This document shows, one piece after another, positions 40,852 to 50,681 of a DNA stretch of 64,000 bases (the stretch's first letter is position 1; each line of letters begins with the position of its first letter). A program made the position numbers and the translations under genes. This stretch comes from an uncultured delta proteobacterium (GTDB lineage: Bacteria; Desulfobacterota; Binatia; UBA9968), in contig CAVYTU010000009.1 in the NCBI GenBank assembly GCA_963771465.1, positions 1-64,000 of the forward strand. The letters are read 5' to 3'. The notes under the pieces were generated by a model. That model did no database searches and was not told the origin of the DNA. It saw nothing but the letters and a program-made list of their open reading frames with translations.

Positions 40852-41617
40852 CCTTACTATTCTCGACAATATCGTCGTCGATGACGACATGCTCGGCGGC
40901 CTCGTCCATCCCCGCCGCGGCTTCGATCATGATCGGGCCGGCCATTTCGTCTTGGAAGATGCGTATCGCTTGCACTTTGACCAGCTCCAGCATTGCCAAG
41001 AAGGTGACCACCACTTCGTTGCGGCTTTTGACCTCGGCGAACAGCGAGTCGAACAGGACGCTATTTTGTCGGCGTAGAAGGTCGAGCAAAAGCGTCATCT
41101 TCTCGCGCACGGTGATCTTGTCGAGGGTGATGTCGTGGAAGGTGTCTTTGGGCAGGCGGTCGATCACCCGCTTGAGCGCGCCCAGAAGCTCGAAAACCGA
41201 GAGCTCGCGAAAACCGCGCGGCCCAACTTCTTCGGTCGGCGGCGCCGCGCGGATGAAAACGTCGCGGGTCAAAATCTCGCGCTGGTCCAACTCTCCAGCG
41301 GCGTCCTTGTAGCGCTGATATTCCAGCAATCGCCGGATTAATTCCTCGCGCGGGTCGACGCCTTCTTCTTCATCCGGCTCATCCGCGCCGGCGGGTAAGA
41401 GCATGCGCGACTTGATGTGGACCAGAGTTGACGCCATGACGAGAAACTCGCCGGCGACGTCGAGGCTGAGAGTTTCCATCAGTTCCAATGTAGCCAAGTA
41501 CTGTTCGGTGATGGTCGCGATGGGAATGTCGGTGATGCTGACTTCATTCTTCTTGATCAGATGCAGCAAGAGGTCGAGCGGCCCCTCGAAGATAGGCAGT
41601 TGAACGTGTGTGCTCAC
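40832..41617 (-). CDS. scpA: Segregation and condensation protein ScpA
   Basis: FEGPLDLLLHLI, EFLVMA..L..IKSRMLLP, VTFLAMLEL. Confidence 0.95.
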   Translation of the reverse strand: MSTHVQLPIFEGPLDLLLHLIKKNEVSITDIPIATITEQYLATLELMETLSLDVAGEFLVMASTLVHIKSRMLLPAGADEPDEEEGVDPREELIRRLLEYQRYKDAAGELDQREILTRDVFIRAAPPTEEVGPRGFRELSVFELLGALKRVIDRLPKDTFHDITLDKITVREKMTLLLDLLRRQNSVLFDSLFAEVKSRNEVVVTFLAMLELVKVQAIRIFQDEMAGPIMIEAAAGMDEAAEHVVIDDDIVENSKDEPHGT

Positions 41618-42591
41618 AGTCCCAGCGTTTCGCGTACTTCGGTCATCGTCTCAGTAGCCTGTTTTTGCGCTGCTTGATTGCCAGCGCGCAGAACTTCGTC
41701 GACTTCCCTCGGCTTGTTTTCATATTGCGCGCGCTTCTCGCGAAACGGCGCGAGATCGTCAATGACGTGCTTGATCATGATCTTCTTGCAGTCGAGACAA
41801 CCGATGCCGGCGCTGCGGCAGCCCGCCGACACCTCGGCGATCTCGCCCGGCGTGCAATAAATTTTGTGCAGCTGGAATGCCGGGCATTTCTCCGGCTCGC
41901 CCGGATCGGTGCGCCGGGCGCGCGCCGGATCGGTCATCATCCGGCTAATTTTCTGATCAATTTCTTTCGGCGTGTCGGAGAGAAACACCGCATTACCATA
42001 ACTCTTGCTCATCTTGCGGCCGTCGAGTCCCGGCAATTTCTGCGTCTCGGTCAGCAACACTTCCGGCTCGGGGAATATGGGTTTGTAAACTTGATTGAAC
42101 CGCCGCACAATCTCGCGAGTCAGTTCAACGTGCGGCGCCTGGTCGACGCCGACCGGGACTTTATTGGCCTTATAGATCGTGATGTCGGCCGCCTGCAAGA
42201 CCGGATAGCCGAGAAAACCGTAGGTCGATAAATCTTTGCCTGTAAGCTCTTTGATCTGCTCTTTGTAGGTTGGATTGCGCTCCAGCCAGGGCACCGGTGT
42301 GATCATCGAATAAATCAAATGAAGCTCGGCATGTTCTTTGATACGCGATTGGCGGAATAACACCGCTTTCGCCGGATCCAAACCGACGCTCAACCAATCC
42401 ATCACCATTTCCGTCGTGCTCTGATTGATGCCCTGCGGCGTGGCGTAGTCGGTCGTCAAGGCGTGCCAATCGGCGACAAAAAAATAGCAGCGATACTGCT
42501 CTTGCAGTCTCACCCAGTTTTTCAACGCGCCGTGCAGATGGCCGAGGTGCAGCCGACCGGTAGGCCGCGCGCCGCTAACGATAGTCTCCAT
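41614..42591 (-). CDS. trpS: Tryptophanyl-tRNA synthetase
   Basis: SG.RPTG.LHLGH, YPVLQAADI, VPVG.DQ, KMSKS. Confidence 0.97.
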   Translation of the reverse strand: METIVSGARPTGRLHLGHLHGALKNWVRLQEQYRCYFFVADWHALTTDYATPQGINQSTTEMVMDWLSVGLDPAKAVLFRQSRIKEHAELHLIYSMITPVPWLERNPTYKEQIKELTGKDLSTYGFLGYPVLQAADITIYKANKVPVGVDQAPHVELTREIVRRFNQVYKPIFPEPEVLLTETQKLPGLDGRKMSKSYGNAVFLSDTPKEIDQKISRMMTDPARARRTDPGEPEKCPAFQLHKIYCTPGEIAEVSAGCRSAGIGCLDCKKIMIKHVIDDLAPFREKRAQYENKPREVDEVLRAGNQAAQKQATETMTEVRETLGL

Positions 42592-42727
42592 ATCGCCTCA
42601 ATCTTAACGGGAATGTCCAAATGACGAGCGGCACTACGAATCCATTTCATGCCGTCTCGCCGGAATGTTGCACTAATAGAAATACGGCAAGGCACGGGAA
42701 AAGACAAGGCGTTACAGCCTCGGAATT

Positions 42728-42805
42728 TTTCCCCGACGGTCACGAAGAAAACGGTGGCATCATTAAAATTTCGACCTTCGTGCTCTTCGTGTCCTTCGGG
42801 GTAAA
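42728..42805. repeat. Imperfect intergenic palindrome with 9-nt periodic arms (REP/MITE-like)
   Basis: TTCCCCGACGGTCACGAAGA pairs with TCTTCGTGTCCTTCGGGGTAA; right arm is (CTTCGTGNN)x3. Confidence 0.6.
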
Positions 42806-42839
42806 GAGCGTCTTTTCATATTTATCGTGCTTAAGTCAC

Positions 42840-43373
42840 TTAAGGATCGTGATAATTGAGATCGTTGTGTTGGATCGTGTTCATGAAATAAAGCGCTAGC
42901 GAGCGATTGCTTCGCTCGGCGAGGGCAGCCAGTCGCGCCGCAGCCTCGCGGCGGCGATAGAACGACTGATAACCCTGCTGCTCGTAAGCCCGCTGTTGGG
43001 GCAAGCTGGATGCGAAGATGATACCCGCTTGAGTCGGGCGCAATTTTTCTGGCACCGCTTGGGCCAGCGGCAAGCCTTGACCGGCATTGTTGCCGATCAC
43101 GACGTAATCCACCGCGTCGTTTAGCTGCGCCAAAGTGCGCATGATACCCGCTAAGGATACCGCGTCCCAGTTTTTCATCTCGAATGTCCCCTGCTCCGGG
43201 GTCAGGAAGTTGGGATATCCCTTGGCGAACTGGAAAATTCCATCGTGTTGGACGATGCGCGTCCACGGCAGCGGCGGCTCGGTGACAAACTCGCCGACCG
43301 TCACTTCGTTATCTAGAATTAGCGCGACAAACTGCTCAGTCTTCGCCTGTTTAAGCTGTGTAGTTAGATCCAT
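42840..43373 (-). CDS. Hypothetical protein
   Basis: 177-aa ORF with AAGGAA RBS, VVIGNNAGQG, NTIQHN..NYH. Confidence 0.75.
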   Translation of the reverse strand: MDLTTQLKQAKTEQFVALILDNEVTVGEFVTEPPLPWTRIVQHDGIFQFAKGYPNFLTPEQGTFEMKNWDAVSLAGIMRTLAQLNDAVDYVVIGNNAGQGLPLAQAVPEKLRPTQAGIIFASSLPQQRAYEQQGYQSFYRRREAAARLAALAERSNRSLALYFMNTIQHNDLNYHDP

Positions 43374-43424
43374 TTAGCATATTCCTTCCGAACTTTGCGT
43401 TCTTTGCGGCTCAATCCCATATTC

Positions 43425-44417
43425 CTAATCGTACAGACTCTTGATGAAGCCGCTGTCGTCGAGCGACTTCAAGATGCTCGGGTCACTGAATAACGTTGGA
43501 TCGGCTCCCTTGGCTTTAGGCGTTTCTCGGGCGATCGAATCGAGCACCGTCTTGATGCCGCTCGGCGAAGGATACGGAACGCGATCGAAATAGATATTGG
43601 CGTACTGCTCATAGGTGCGCTCGGCGTATTTTTCTTGGTCCGCCTCCATGCGCATCTTTTTGAGGATGATGCGAATGCTCTCCTTTTTATTGCGTTTAAA
43701 ATAGGCGATTGCTTCAACGTAGGCACGCATCACTCGCGTCGCCTGGTCGCGATTGGCGCGCAGATAGCTGCGCGTCGAAACCAACATGCTCTGGAGATAG
43801 TGAATATTCATCTTCGCCAAATCGGCCAACGCACGAAAGCCGTTATCTTCGGCGATAAAGTACGACGGATCGGTGAGCACGGCACCGTCGATCACTTTTT
43901 TTTGCAGGCTGATCAACATCGTCGGCGACGAGCCGATCTGCAGCACGTTCAAATCTTCCTGGCGCATGTTCCAATGGTTGAGCAGGATCGTCAGCACGGA
44001 ATGAGACGACGTGCCAAAAGCCGTGATACCGATGCGCTTGCCTTTAAGCGCTTCCGGCGTATCAATATCATGGCGAACTAACAGACGATGCACGCCCTTA
44101 TTGTTCAACGCCGCGATCATAACGACGTCCACACCCTTAAGGATTGAGCTGATCACCGGCCCGCCGCCTGCGGTGGCAAACTGAATATCGCCGGCGAGTA
44201 ACGCATTGACACTACGCGCCGCGCCGCCGCCGATAAAAATCGCTTCGACTTCTAGTCCATGCTTCTTGAAGAAGCCTCGCTCTTCAGCAACCCATATTGC
44301 GCTGTTGGTCGGACTGAACGCGCCCATGCCGATGCGAATCTTATCGAGGGCGAAAAGTGGATTGCTACAAATGATGAGATTGGCAATGATCGCTGCGAAA
44401 ATCGAAAGTCGTTGCAT
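43425..44417 (-). CDS. ABC transporter substrate-binding protein (NMT1/SsuA-like)
   Basis: Signal peptide, G.FKKHGLEVE, LKGKRIG.T..G. Confidence 0.9.
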   Translation of the reverse strand: MQRLSIFAAIIANLIICSNPLFALDKIRIGMGAFSPTNSAIWVAEERGFFKKHGLEVEAIFIGGGAARSVNALLAGDIQFATAGGGPVISSILKGVDVVMIAALNNKGVHRLLVRHDIDTPEALKGKRIGITAFGTSSHSVLTILLNHWNMRQEDLNVLQIGSSPTMLISLQKKVIDGAVLTDPSYFIAEDNGFRALADLAKMNIHYLQSMLVSTRSYLRANRDQATRVMRAYVEAIAYFKRNKKESIRIILKKMRMEADQEKYAERTYEQYANIYFDRVPYPSPSGIKTVLDSIARETPKAKGADPTLFSDPSILKSLDDSGFIKSLYD

Positions 44418-44431
44418 TTTAATCCGTGCGG

Positions 44432-45145
44432 CTAAATCGCGGGCCATTCAGCAAGTAGTCGGCCATAACCCGAGATCGCCGCGCGCTGACCTAATTGAGA
44501 GAGAATATTCCAAAGCATCGCCGGGTTGCTGGCGACAGCAGTTGTCTTAAGATCGTTTTCAATCCTGTCCAGTACCGCGAGTGGGTCGAGCACCGCACCT
44601 TGAAAGTAGACGGCGTCGACACTGCCGGCTTCTTGCAGAGCTTCCTTCGTCAGATTGTAAACGGCTTCCGGTCCGAGTTGTCCGGCCTGGCCAATATCTG
44701 CGAAGGAACGCGGCGCGCTCACTTCGAAACCGGCAACGCCCAGATAATCTTCGATCATTCGATTCAAGCGGCTCTCAAACGGAGTCAACAGCAGCAGCCG
44801 CTTAGCCTGGTATGTTCTCAGTGCCGCTACCGATGCGCTGAGCGCCGTGGTCACGGGAATCGTGAGGGACGCTTTAAGATCGGCGAATAGGCCGGGATTC
44901 ATCACTTCTGTCGGTGCGCCGATGACGATGACTGCGTGCCATGGTTTGGCAAGTGCCAATTCGCCAATGCGAGAAACAATTTCCGCCTTCTTGCCGGTGA
45001 TCTCGTAAAGCGACTTGCCGTATAGATCCAATCCTTGAAAATCGAACTTCACGAACTCCGGAATCAACGCCCTGAAGCTATCGTAGTGCGGCCAGGTCGC
45101 CGGTCCGGGGCTGATGAAGCCAATGTTCAATTGCTGCGCTGCCAT
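44432..45145 (-). CDS. Maleate isomerase/arylmalonate decarboxylase (Asp/Glu racemase superfamily) homolog
   Basis: IPVTT, AL....KRL...TP, IE.DL...VASN.A..W..L, GYGRLL. Confidence 0.8.
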   Translation of the reverse strand: MAAQQLNIGFISPGPATWPHYDSFRALIPEFVKFDFQGLDLYGKSLYEITGKKAEIVSRIGELALAKPWHAVIVIGAPTEVMNPGLFADLKASLTIPVTTALSASVAALRTYQAKRLLLLTPFESRLNRMIEDYLGVAGFEVSAPRSFADIGQAGQLGPEAVYNLTKEALQEAGSVDAVYFQGAVLDPLAVLDRIENDLKTTAVASNPAMLWNILSQLGQRAAISGYGRLLAEWPAI

Positions 45146-45315
45146 TCGATCCTTCCGCAATCCGCTGCTGCCTGTTCTATAACCTACTACTGGCCAATTG
45201 GAAAATGATCGAGCACTTGTTGGTGCTGTTTCAGAAGCGAATGAACAAGGAACTTTTTTGATCTCAAAATCTTTAACGCTGTGCCGTGGGAAGCCAACGT
45301 TGATAAATAAATGGA

Positions 45316-46305
45316 TCACGCTCTTAGAGCCGGCAGCACTTCATTTCCCAAGAGATCGATCTGCTCGTACCAACGGCTGAAGCCCATCCTTAGGTCATAG
45401 ACGATGTGATCGGCGCCGCTCTTCTCGTAAACTCGCGACTGGCGGACAATATCGGCGGGTGTACCGGCGAGGATCACGCCGGCAATATCTTCCAGCGTCG
45501 AAAACTTGCCTGACGCCGGTTTCACCCAGGTCGAATAGTTGTGCGCTTCGTCGAGCAAACCTTTCACGTCGATGCCATCGAGCGCCGACTGCCGATCTTT
45601 TGCAACGCTCGTAAAGGGCATGACCGCTGTTTTCGCCATCGGTTTACCGGCTTGGCGGCAGCACTTTTGGAGATATTCGATGCGCGCGCTAAACGTCGCG
45701 AAGTTAATTCGCGCCGGCATCCAGCCGTCGCCCAACTCTACCGCCCGCCGGCAAGAAGCCGGCGTGCTGCCACCGATGTAAATGGGAATATGCGCTTTCG
45801 GCGTCGGCTTGAGTGCGACGTTGGCAAACTCAAAGTAGTCGCTACTGTGCGACAATTTTTCCCCAGACCAGAGCCGGCGGCAAATCTCGATATTCAAACG
45901 CAACAGTTTCGCGCGTTCTAGCAGTTCGCTGGGCCGTCCCGCCGCAGCGAACTCATGGGGAAATCCACCCAGCCCGAGGCCCATAATCACTCGCCCGTTT
46001 GAGATCGTGCTCAGTGCGGCAAACGATTGCGCCAGATGAATGGGATGGCGATGACAGATCGTCATCGCCGTGCCGAGAGTGAGTCGTTCGGTTACCGCTG
46101 CCACGGCCGACAACAACAGCAAACTTTCGATATGTGAGTTATCGCTGCCTTCACCAGGGTGCGGCCTGAAAACCAGATGATCCCGCGCCCACAAGCTATC
46201 GAAGCCGTAGGTTTCAGCGCGGCGCGCCCCTTCAAGACATTTTTCCAACGATGCCCACTCGCAGAAATGCGGCAGCAAGAGACCGAATGTCAGTTTGCTG
46301 CTCAT
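45316..46305 (-). CDS. Luciferase-like (LLM) flavin-dependent oxidoreductase
   Basis: AE..GFDSLW..DH, AAVT.RL.LGT, S.GR...GLG.G, IPIYIGG, GDGW.P. Confidence 0.92.
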   Translation of the reverse strand: MSSKLTFGLLLPHFCEWASLEKCLEGARRAETYGFDSLWARDHLVFRPHPGEGSDNSHIESLLLLSAVAAVTERLTLGTAMTICHRHPIHLAQSFAALSTISNGRVIMGLGLGGFPHEFAAAGRPSELLERAKLLRLNIEICRRLWSGEKLSHSSDYFEFANVALKPTPKAHIPIYIGGSTPASCRRAVELGDGWMPARINFATFSARIEYLQKCCRQAGKPMAKTAVMPFTSVAKDRQSALDGIDVKGLLDEAHNYSTWVKPASGKFSTLEDIAGVILAGTPADIVRQSRVYEKSGADHIVYDLRMGFSRWYEQIDLLGNEVLPALRA

Positions 46306-46354
46306 GGCTTGACGTTGCGCGGAAGGGACAAAGTGACCGAGGTAGGATAACGGG

Positions 46355-46879
46355 TCAGAAGTCGACGCGATATTCCGTGCCGGTTTGACTCTTACAGCGG
46401 CCAAAACCGTTGCCCGTGTAAGACGAACCGATGAGATAGCAGCCGAGAACGGAGCGCCGGTCGCCTTGCAACGAGGCGGTCCAATAAAAGAGCGGTCCGC
46501 TCACAGTCCGTGTCGGTTGTCCGGCGAAGCCGACGCTGGCGTCGGAATAGGCGGTCTCATGGAGGGCTGTCGAAGATGCCAGAAGTCCGCCGAACGAGTT
46601 GCCGTGACGCGACAGATCCGGACCTTCCAATTCGATGGTGCCGCGGCCAAAGGTTTTTTCATACCCTTCGGCAAACATCGTCCGATCCACGCGGATAAAT
46701 CGCCCCACCAGCACTTCATTTTCCGGACCCCGGATTTGCATCACGCCCGAGTCTTCTCTGCCGAAGCGATAGAGCCCGACAAACCTGTCGCCTTGCACCG
46801 ATGACATGGTCACTGGATAGCTGCACGAGGAAAGTCCCAGGGAGAAAATAAGACCTGATACTACACGGAGCGAACGCAT
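46355..46879 (-). CDS. Hypothetical lipoprotein
   Basis: LSSC lipobox; C-terminal C......G.G.C. Confidence 0.7.
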   Translation of the reverse strand: MRSLRVVSGLIFSLGLSSCSYPVTMSSVQGDRFVGLYRFGREDSGVMQIRGPENEVLVGRFIRVDRTMFAEGYEKTFGRGTIELEGPDLSRHGNSFGGLLASSTALHETAYSDASVGFAGQPTRTVSGPLFYWTASLQGDRRSVLGCYLIGSSYTGNGFGRCKSQTGTEYRVDF

Positions 46880-47016
46880 GGCGAGAGTCTATCATGCTTT
46901 GGCGTCGAAGCTAAAGTAAAGTTGATAAATTCCCGCACGCCGATTGTTTACCAGATAATTTCTCATGTGATAGAAGTCGCTTCGGAGAAATAGTTCGGCA
47001 TACGGGAGTACTTTTA

Positions 47017-48144
47017 ATGTCAATCGGCCAGGGCATGGAAGCGTTAATGGCGGCGTTTCGTAAGACTACTTATTTCAAATGGATGGCCAAGGAGGCGATT
47101 CCGGTCATCGACGGCTTCGGCATCGAGGACGTGCGCGACGTCGCCGTTGCCCCTTGGTCACGCACAGGAGGCAAGGCAGCGTTTCTCAATCTCTACGGCA
47201 TGGAGGGTGTGACCGGTATGTACGTCGGCGAGATTGCCGCAGGCGGCGCACTGAAGCCGGAGAAACATTTCTACGAGGAAGTCATGGTCATTCTCGAAGG
47301 CCAAGGCGCCACGGAGATTTGGCAAGAGGGCGGCACCAAGCAGATGTTCGAATGGGGTCCGTGGAGTCTCTTCGCCCCGCCGCTCAATACCAACCATCGG
47401 CTGCTCAACGGCGGCCGCACGCCGGTAAAATATCTCGCCGTCACCAACGCGCCGCTGGTGATGGACATTGTTCACAACGAAGAATTTATTTTTGCTTGCC
47501 CGTACAATTTTTCCGACCGCTACGCTGCGGCGGACGGCTATTTCAATCAGGGACTCAAGCGCTATGAGTCCGGCATGCAGCATATCTGGGAGACCAATTT
47601 TATCAGCGACATCCAAACCGCCAACGTCGACAAGCGTGAAGTCAAAGGCGCCGGCGTAAGCATCACTCAATTTGAAATCGCCGGAAATAGTTTGATCGGC
47701 CATCTGGCCCAGTGGCCCGCGGCGCGCTATCACAAAGCGCACTACCACGGCGCTGGAGCAATTCTGCTCGGCCTGCAATCCTCCGGCTATGTTCTCCTTT
47801 GGTCAAAGGAGTCGGGCACCCATCCGTTTGAAGCCGGGCGCGCCGAAGATGTCGTCGAGATCAAATGGAAAGCCGGCAGCGTTTACTGCCCCGGCGGCGG
47901 CTGGTTTCATCAACACTTCAACACCGGCACCGAGCCGGCGCGCCATTTGGCGCTGCGCTATGGCAGCCGCATTCATCCCATCGGTTTCAAGATCGCCGAT
48001 AAGCGCAGCGAAGACGGCGTCTATATCGATGTCAAACAAGGCGGCACGCTGATCGAATACGCCGATGAAGACCCCTACATCCGCAAACATTACGAAGACG
48101 AGCTTAAGAAAGCCGGCGTGAAAAGCGCGATGCCGGCGGTGTGA
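47017..48144 (+). CDS. Bicupin protein (gentisate dioxygenase-like fold)
   Basis: Two cupin motifs: KHFYEE..PPLNT.H and YHKAHYHG..WFHQHFN. Confidence 0.85.
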   Translation: MSIGQGMEALMAAFRKTTYFKWMAKEAIPVIDGFGIEDVRDVAVAPWSRTGGKAAFLNLYGMEGVTGMYVGEIAAGGALKPEKHFYEEVMVILEGQGATEIWQEGGTKQMFEWGPWSLFAPPLNTNHRLLNGGRTPVKYLAVTNAPLVMDIVHNEEFIFACPYNFSDRYAAADGYFNQGLKRYESGMQHIWETNFISDIQTANVDKREVKGAGVSITQFEIAGNSLIGHLAQWPAARYHKAHYHGAGAILLGLQSSGYVLLWSKESGTHPFEAGRAEDVVEIKWKAGSVYCPGGGWFHQHFNTGTEPARHLALRYGSRIHPIGFKIADKRSEDGVYIDVKQGGTLIEYADEDPYIRKHYEDELKKAGVKSAMPAV

Positions 48145-48284
48145 TCGATTCGTTAAAAGGTTAAAAGTTCAATTGACGTAGTGACGGTACGATTCGCTTG
48201 CACATGGAAAACCACAACCGCCGAAGCAGATTCGGCACAGCACCATCAGCCGTTGGGATAACGGTGGATGAAGGGAGGCTTATT

Positions 48285-49379
48285 ATGCTTAGAGCAATGT
48301 TTCTTGTCTTACTCCTGGCAACCGCTGCATCTGCTCAACAGAAGGGATGGGAAAAGGAATGGAACGAAACGCTTGCGGCGGCAAAAAAAGAAGGCAGAGT
48401 TGCGGTCGCTGGCTCGCCGGACCCGGTGATGCGCAATGATATTATTCCCAAGTTTACCTCCCGATTCGGGATTCAAGTTGAGTTCATTGCCGGCCGCGCG
48501 GTCCAGTACATCGCGAAAGTTCAAACCGAGCGCTCCGCCGGGATCTATTCCGTGGACATCTTTATGACGGGCGTGGATAGCACGGTCAACACACTCTACC
48601 CGGAAAAGCTGATCGATCCCTTGCGGCCGCTCATGATTCTTCCCGACGTGGTCGATCCCGGCAAGTGGAAAACCGGAAAGTTGTGGTTTACCGATCCGGA
48701 GGAAAAATTCGTCCTCCGGGTTTTTCGCTCCGTCAGTGGCCTTTTCTTCTATAATGCCGATCACGTGAAGGCCGAGGAACTTCGGTCATACAAAGACCTG
48801 CTCAATCCTAAATGGCGCGGCAAAATCTCGACCGATGATCCGATGGTAAACGGATCTGGGGCGGCCAACGCGGCAATGCTTTATATGGAACTCGGCGCAG
48901 ATTTCGCAAAGCGGCTCTACATCGATCAAAAGCTGGTCTTTTCTCGCGAACGGCGCCAGTACACCGATTGGCTGGCGCGGGGCACTTATCCGATTTGTTT
49001 AAACTGTCGCGATGACGACGTGAAACCGCTGCGCAAGGACGGCTTCAAACTCGTCGAGGTTTTTGAGATGTCAGACATAAGTCCCCGGGTGAACGGCTCG
49101 CCATGGCTCCTTACGGTCGCCAATAAGGCTCCGCACCCCAATGCGGCGCGCGTGTTTGCCAACTGGATTGCATCCAAAGAGGGGCTCGAAACCTACTCGC
49201 GAGGATACGGGGCTACCACTCTGCGCACGGATGCAGATGAATCGTTGCTAGAGCGTGGCACGGTGCCGCGTGCGGGGATCAAATATTTCGACGACACGGA
49301 ATGGCACTGGACTGTTAGTGGCCGAAGAGAAGCGCGCGAGAAGATGCAGCAATTGTTGAGAGAACACGGCAAGAAATAA
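48285..49379 (+). CDS. Extracellular solute-binding protein (Fe3+/polyamine ABC family)
   Basis: Signal peptide, AAKKEG.V, DLLNPKWRGKI, APHPNAARVF.NW..S.EG. Confidence 0.9.
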   Translation: MLRAMFLVLLLATAASAQQKGWEKEWNETLAAAKKEGRVAVAGSPDPVMRNDIIPKFTSRFGIQVEFIAGRAVQYIAKVQTERSAGIYSVDIFMTGVDSTVNTLYPEKLIDPLRPLMILPDVVDPGKWKTGKLWFTDPEEKFVLRVFRSVSGLFFYNADHVKAEELRSYKDLLNPKWRGKISTDDPMVNGSGAANAAMLYMELGADFAKRLYIDQKLVFSRERRQYTDWLARGTYPICLNCRDDDVKPLRKDGFKLVEVFEMSDISPRVNGSPWLLTVANKAPHPNAARVFANWIASKEGLETYSRGYGATTLRTDADESLLERGTVPRAGIKYFDDTEWHWTVSGRREAREKMQQLLREHGKK

Positions 49380-49464
49380 CCTCGCAAGTTGAAGTGACTT
49401 AGAAGCGTGATTTCAAGGCCGAAAGGAATTTACCAAAGCGGTTAGAGCTCATGTAAACAATCGA

Positions 49465-49740
49465 TCATTCGGCGATCCACCGGGAGATGATCGGCTTGGC
49501 GCGCCCGGTCGGGTGGGCCGGTTGGTGCGGCATGAAAAATGGCGTAGGCGCTTGACGCGCGACTGGATCGGTATCGGCCGTCGGATGATTCGGATGTTCA
49601 TTCACGGATATGGCGCGGCCGATCAACACTGCGCCGGCGTCGCCGTAACACCATCGGTCCAGCCACGAGCCTAAATTGTCCGCGGTTCGGAGTACCAATG
49701 ATTGCCGGAATAGTTGCCAGGGGATGAGAATTTTCTTCAT
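49465..49740 (-). CDS. Small hypothetical protein
   Basis: MKKILIPW.. 91 aa, directly downstream of paralog B. Confidence 0.45.
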   Translation of the reverse strand: MKKILIPWQLFRQSLVLRTADNLGSWLDRWCYGDAGAVLIGRAISVNEHPNHPTADTDPVARQAPTPFFMPHQPAHPTGRAKPIISRWIAE

Positions 49741-49973
49741 GATATCGTTTCGGTTGTGGCTAAGAACTATCAAACCCCATGCCGGTGATTTCTCACATCG
49801 TGAGTCGACAATCGTTTCGTTAAACTCCCGGAAACGGTGAACAGGCGAAGGAATTACATGTCCAACTATTGAGACAAATCGCAGACTGGGCAAAAAGACC
49901 CGCTTGAGTCGTTGAACAAAGCGGACGACAGATGCAACCGATTCAAATCGCAGAGAGAATGCGATGGATGGAT

Positions 49974-50528
49974 TTAGGCGACTCGGCGGCTGCGGCGGAA
50001 ACGCATGCGCAGGGTCAGCTCGCGTAACTCTTCGATGGTAAGAGTTTCCGTGATCAGTTCCTTGGTCCCCGGTTCGTAACTCACGGTGACGTCGTTCTCG
50101 GTCCACGAAATTTGTAAGGAATGGGGCTCGACTCTATCCACGTGCCTTCCCAATGTGCGGAGCAACTGGGACAGGCGATGGGTCGCGTTGGCTTGAGAGG
50201 AGAAGCGTCGTCGCCGTTTTCGTCGTCCTTGAGCATCGAGCCACGATACGTAGCTCGGGACATAACGAAAGGAACCGTCCGGCTGCGCCAGCCCGTCACC
50301 CTTGCGCGCGCTGGTCGGCGACTCCCAGATTTTTTCCGAGAGACTCTTCTTGCGTGTGAATTGCTCCACGTCGGGAAGTTGATCGCTGCGCACGACGTAA
50401 TCTCGCCCATCTTTCACGATCTCGAAAGCACGCACCCCGAAAGCTTCCAGAGATTGTCCAATGGCTCTTAGTGGTTTTGCATGCGGCATCAGCGACCCCC
50501 TTTCGCTGTTGGCGAGATCGTCCGACAC
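49974..50528 (-). CDS. Hypothetical protein, internally duplicated LRxxG family (paralog B)
   Basis: LRAIGQSLE and LSQLLRTLGRHVD; start may be the ATG at 50489. Confidence 0.8.
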   Translation of the reverse strand: MSDDLANSERGSLMPHAKPLRAIGQSLEAFGVRAFEIVKDGRDYVVRSDQLPDVEQFTRKKSLSEKIWESPTSARKGDGLAQPDGSFRYVPSYVSWLDAQGRRKRRRRFSSQANATHRLSQLLRTLGRHVDRVEPHSLQISWTENDVTVSYEPGTKELITETLTIEELRELTLRMRFRRSRRVA

Positions 50529-50681
50529 CTACTGCACGCTCGTGGTGATAGATACCGTTTCACTGCTGCCTATTTTAGCCGCGTAGCAGCGGGCGAGCAA
50601 GACGCGCCGCCGCGAGTCTGGACAGAGATTCCCAATTGTTGTCAGCGCATGCCGGATCTTTCACCGGACGATGAACTATCG

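Noticed and set aside
42653-42664. Partial match (CGTCTCGCCGGA) to the 21-bp island repeat upstream of trpS
   Set aside because: Only 12 bp and lacks the second CGTCT; a similar partial match occurs inside a coding region near 51048, so chance is likely.
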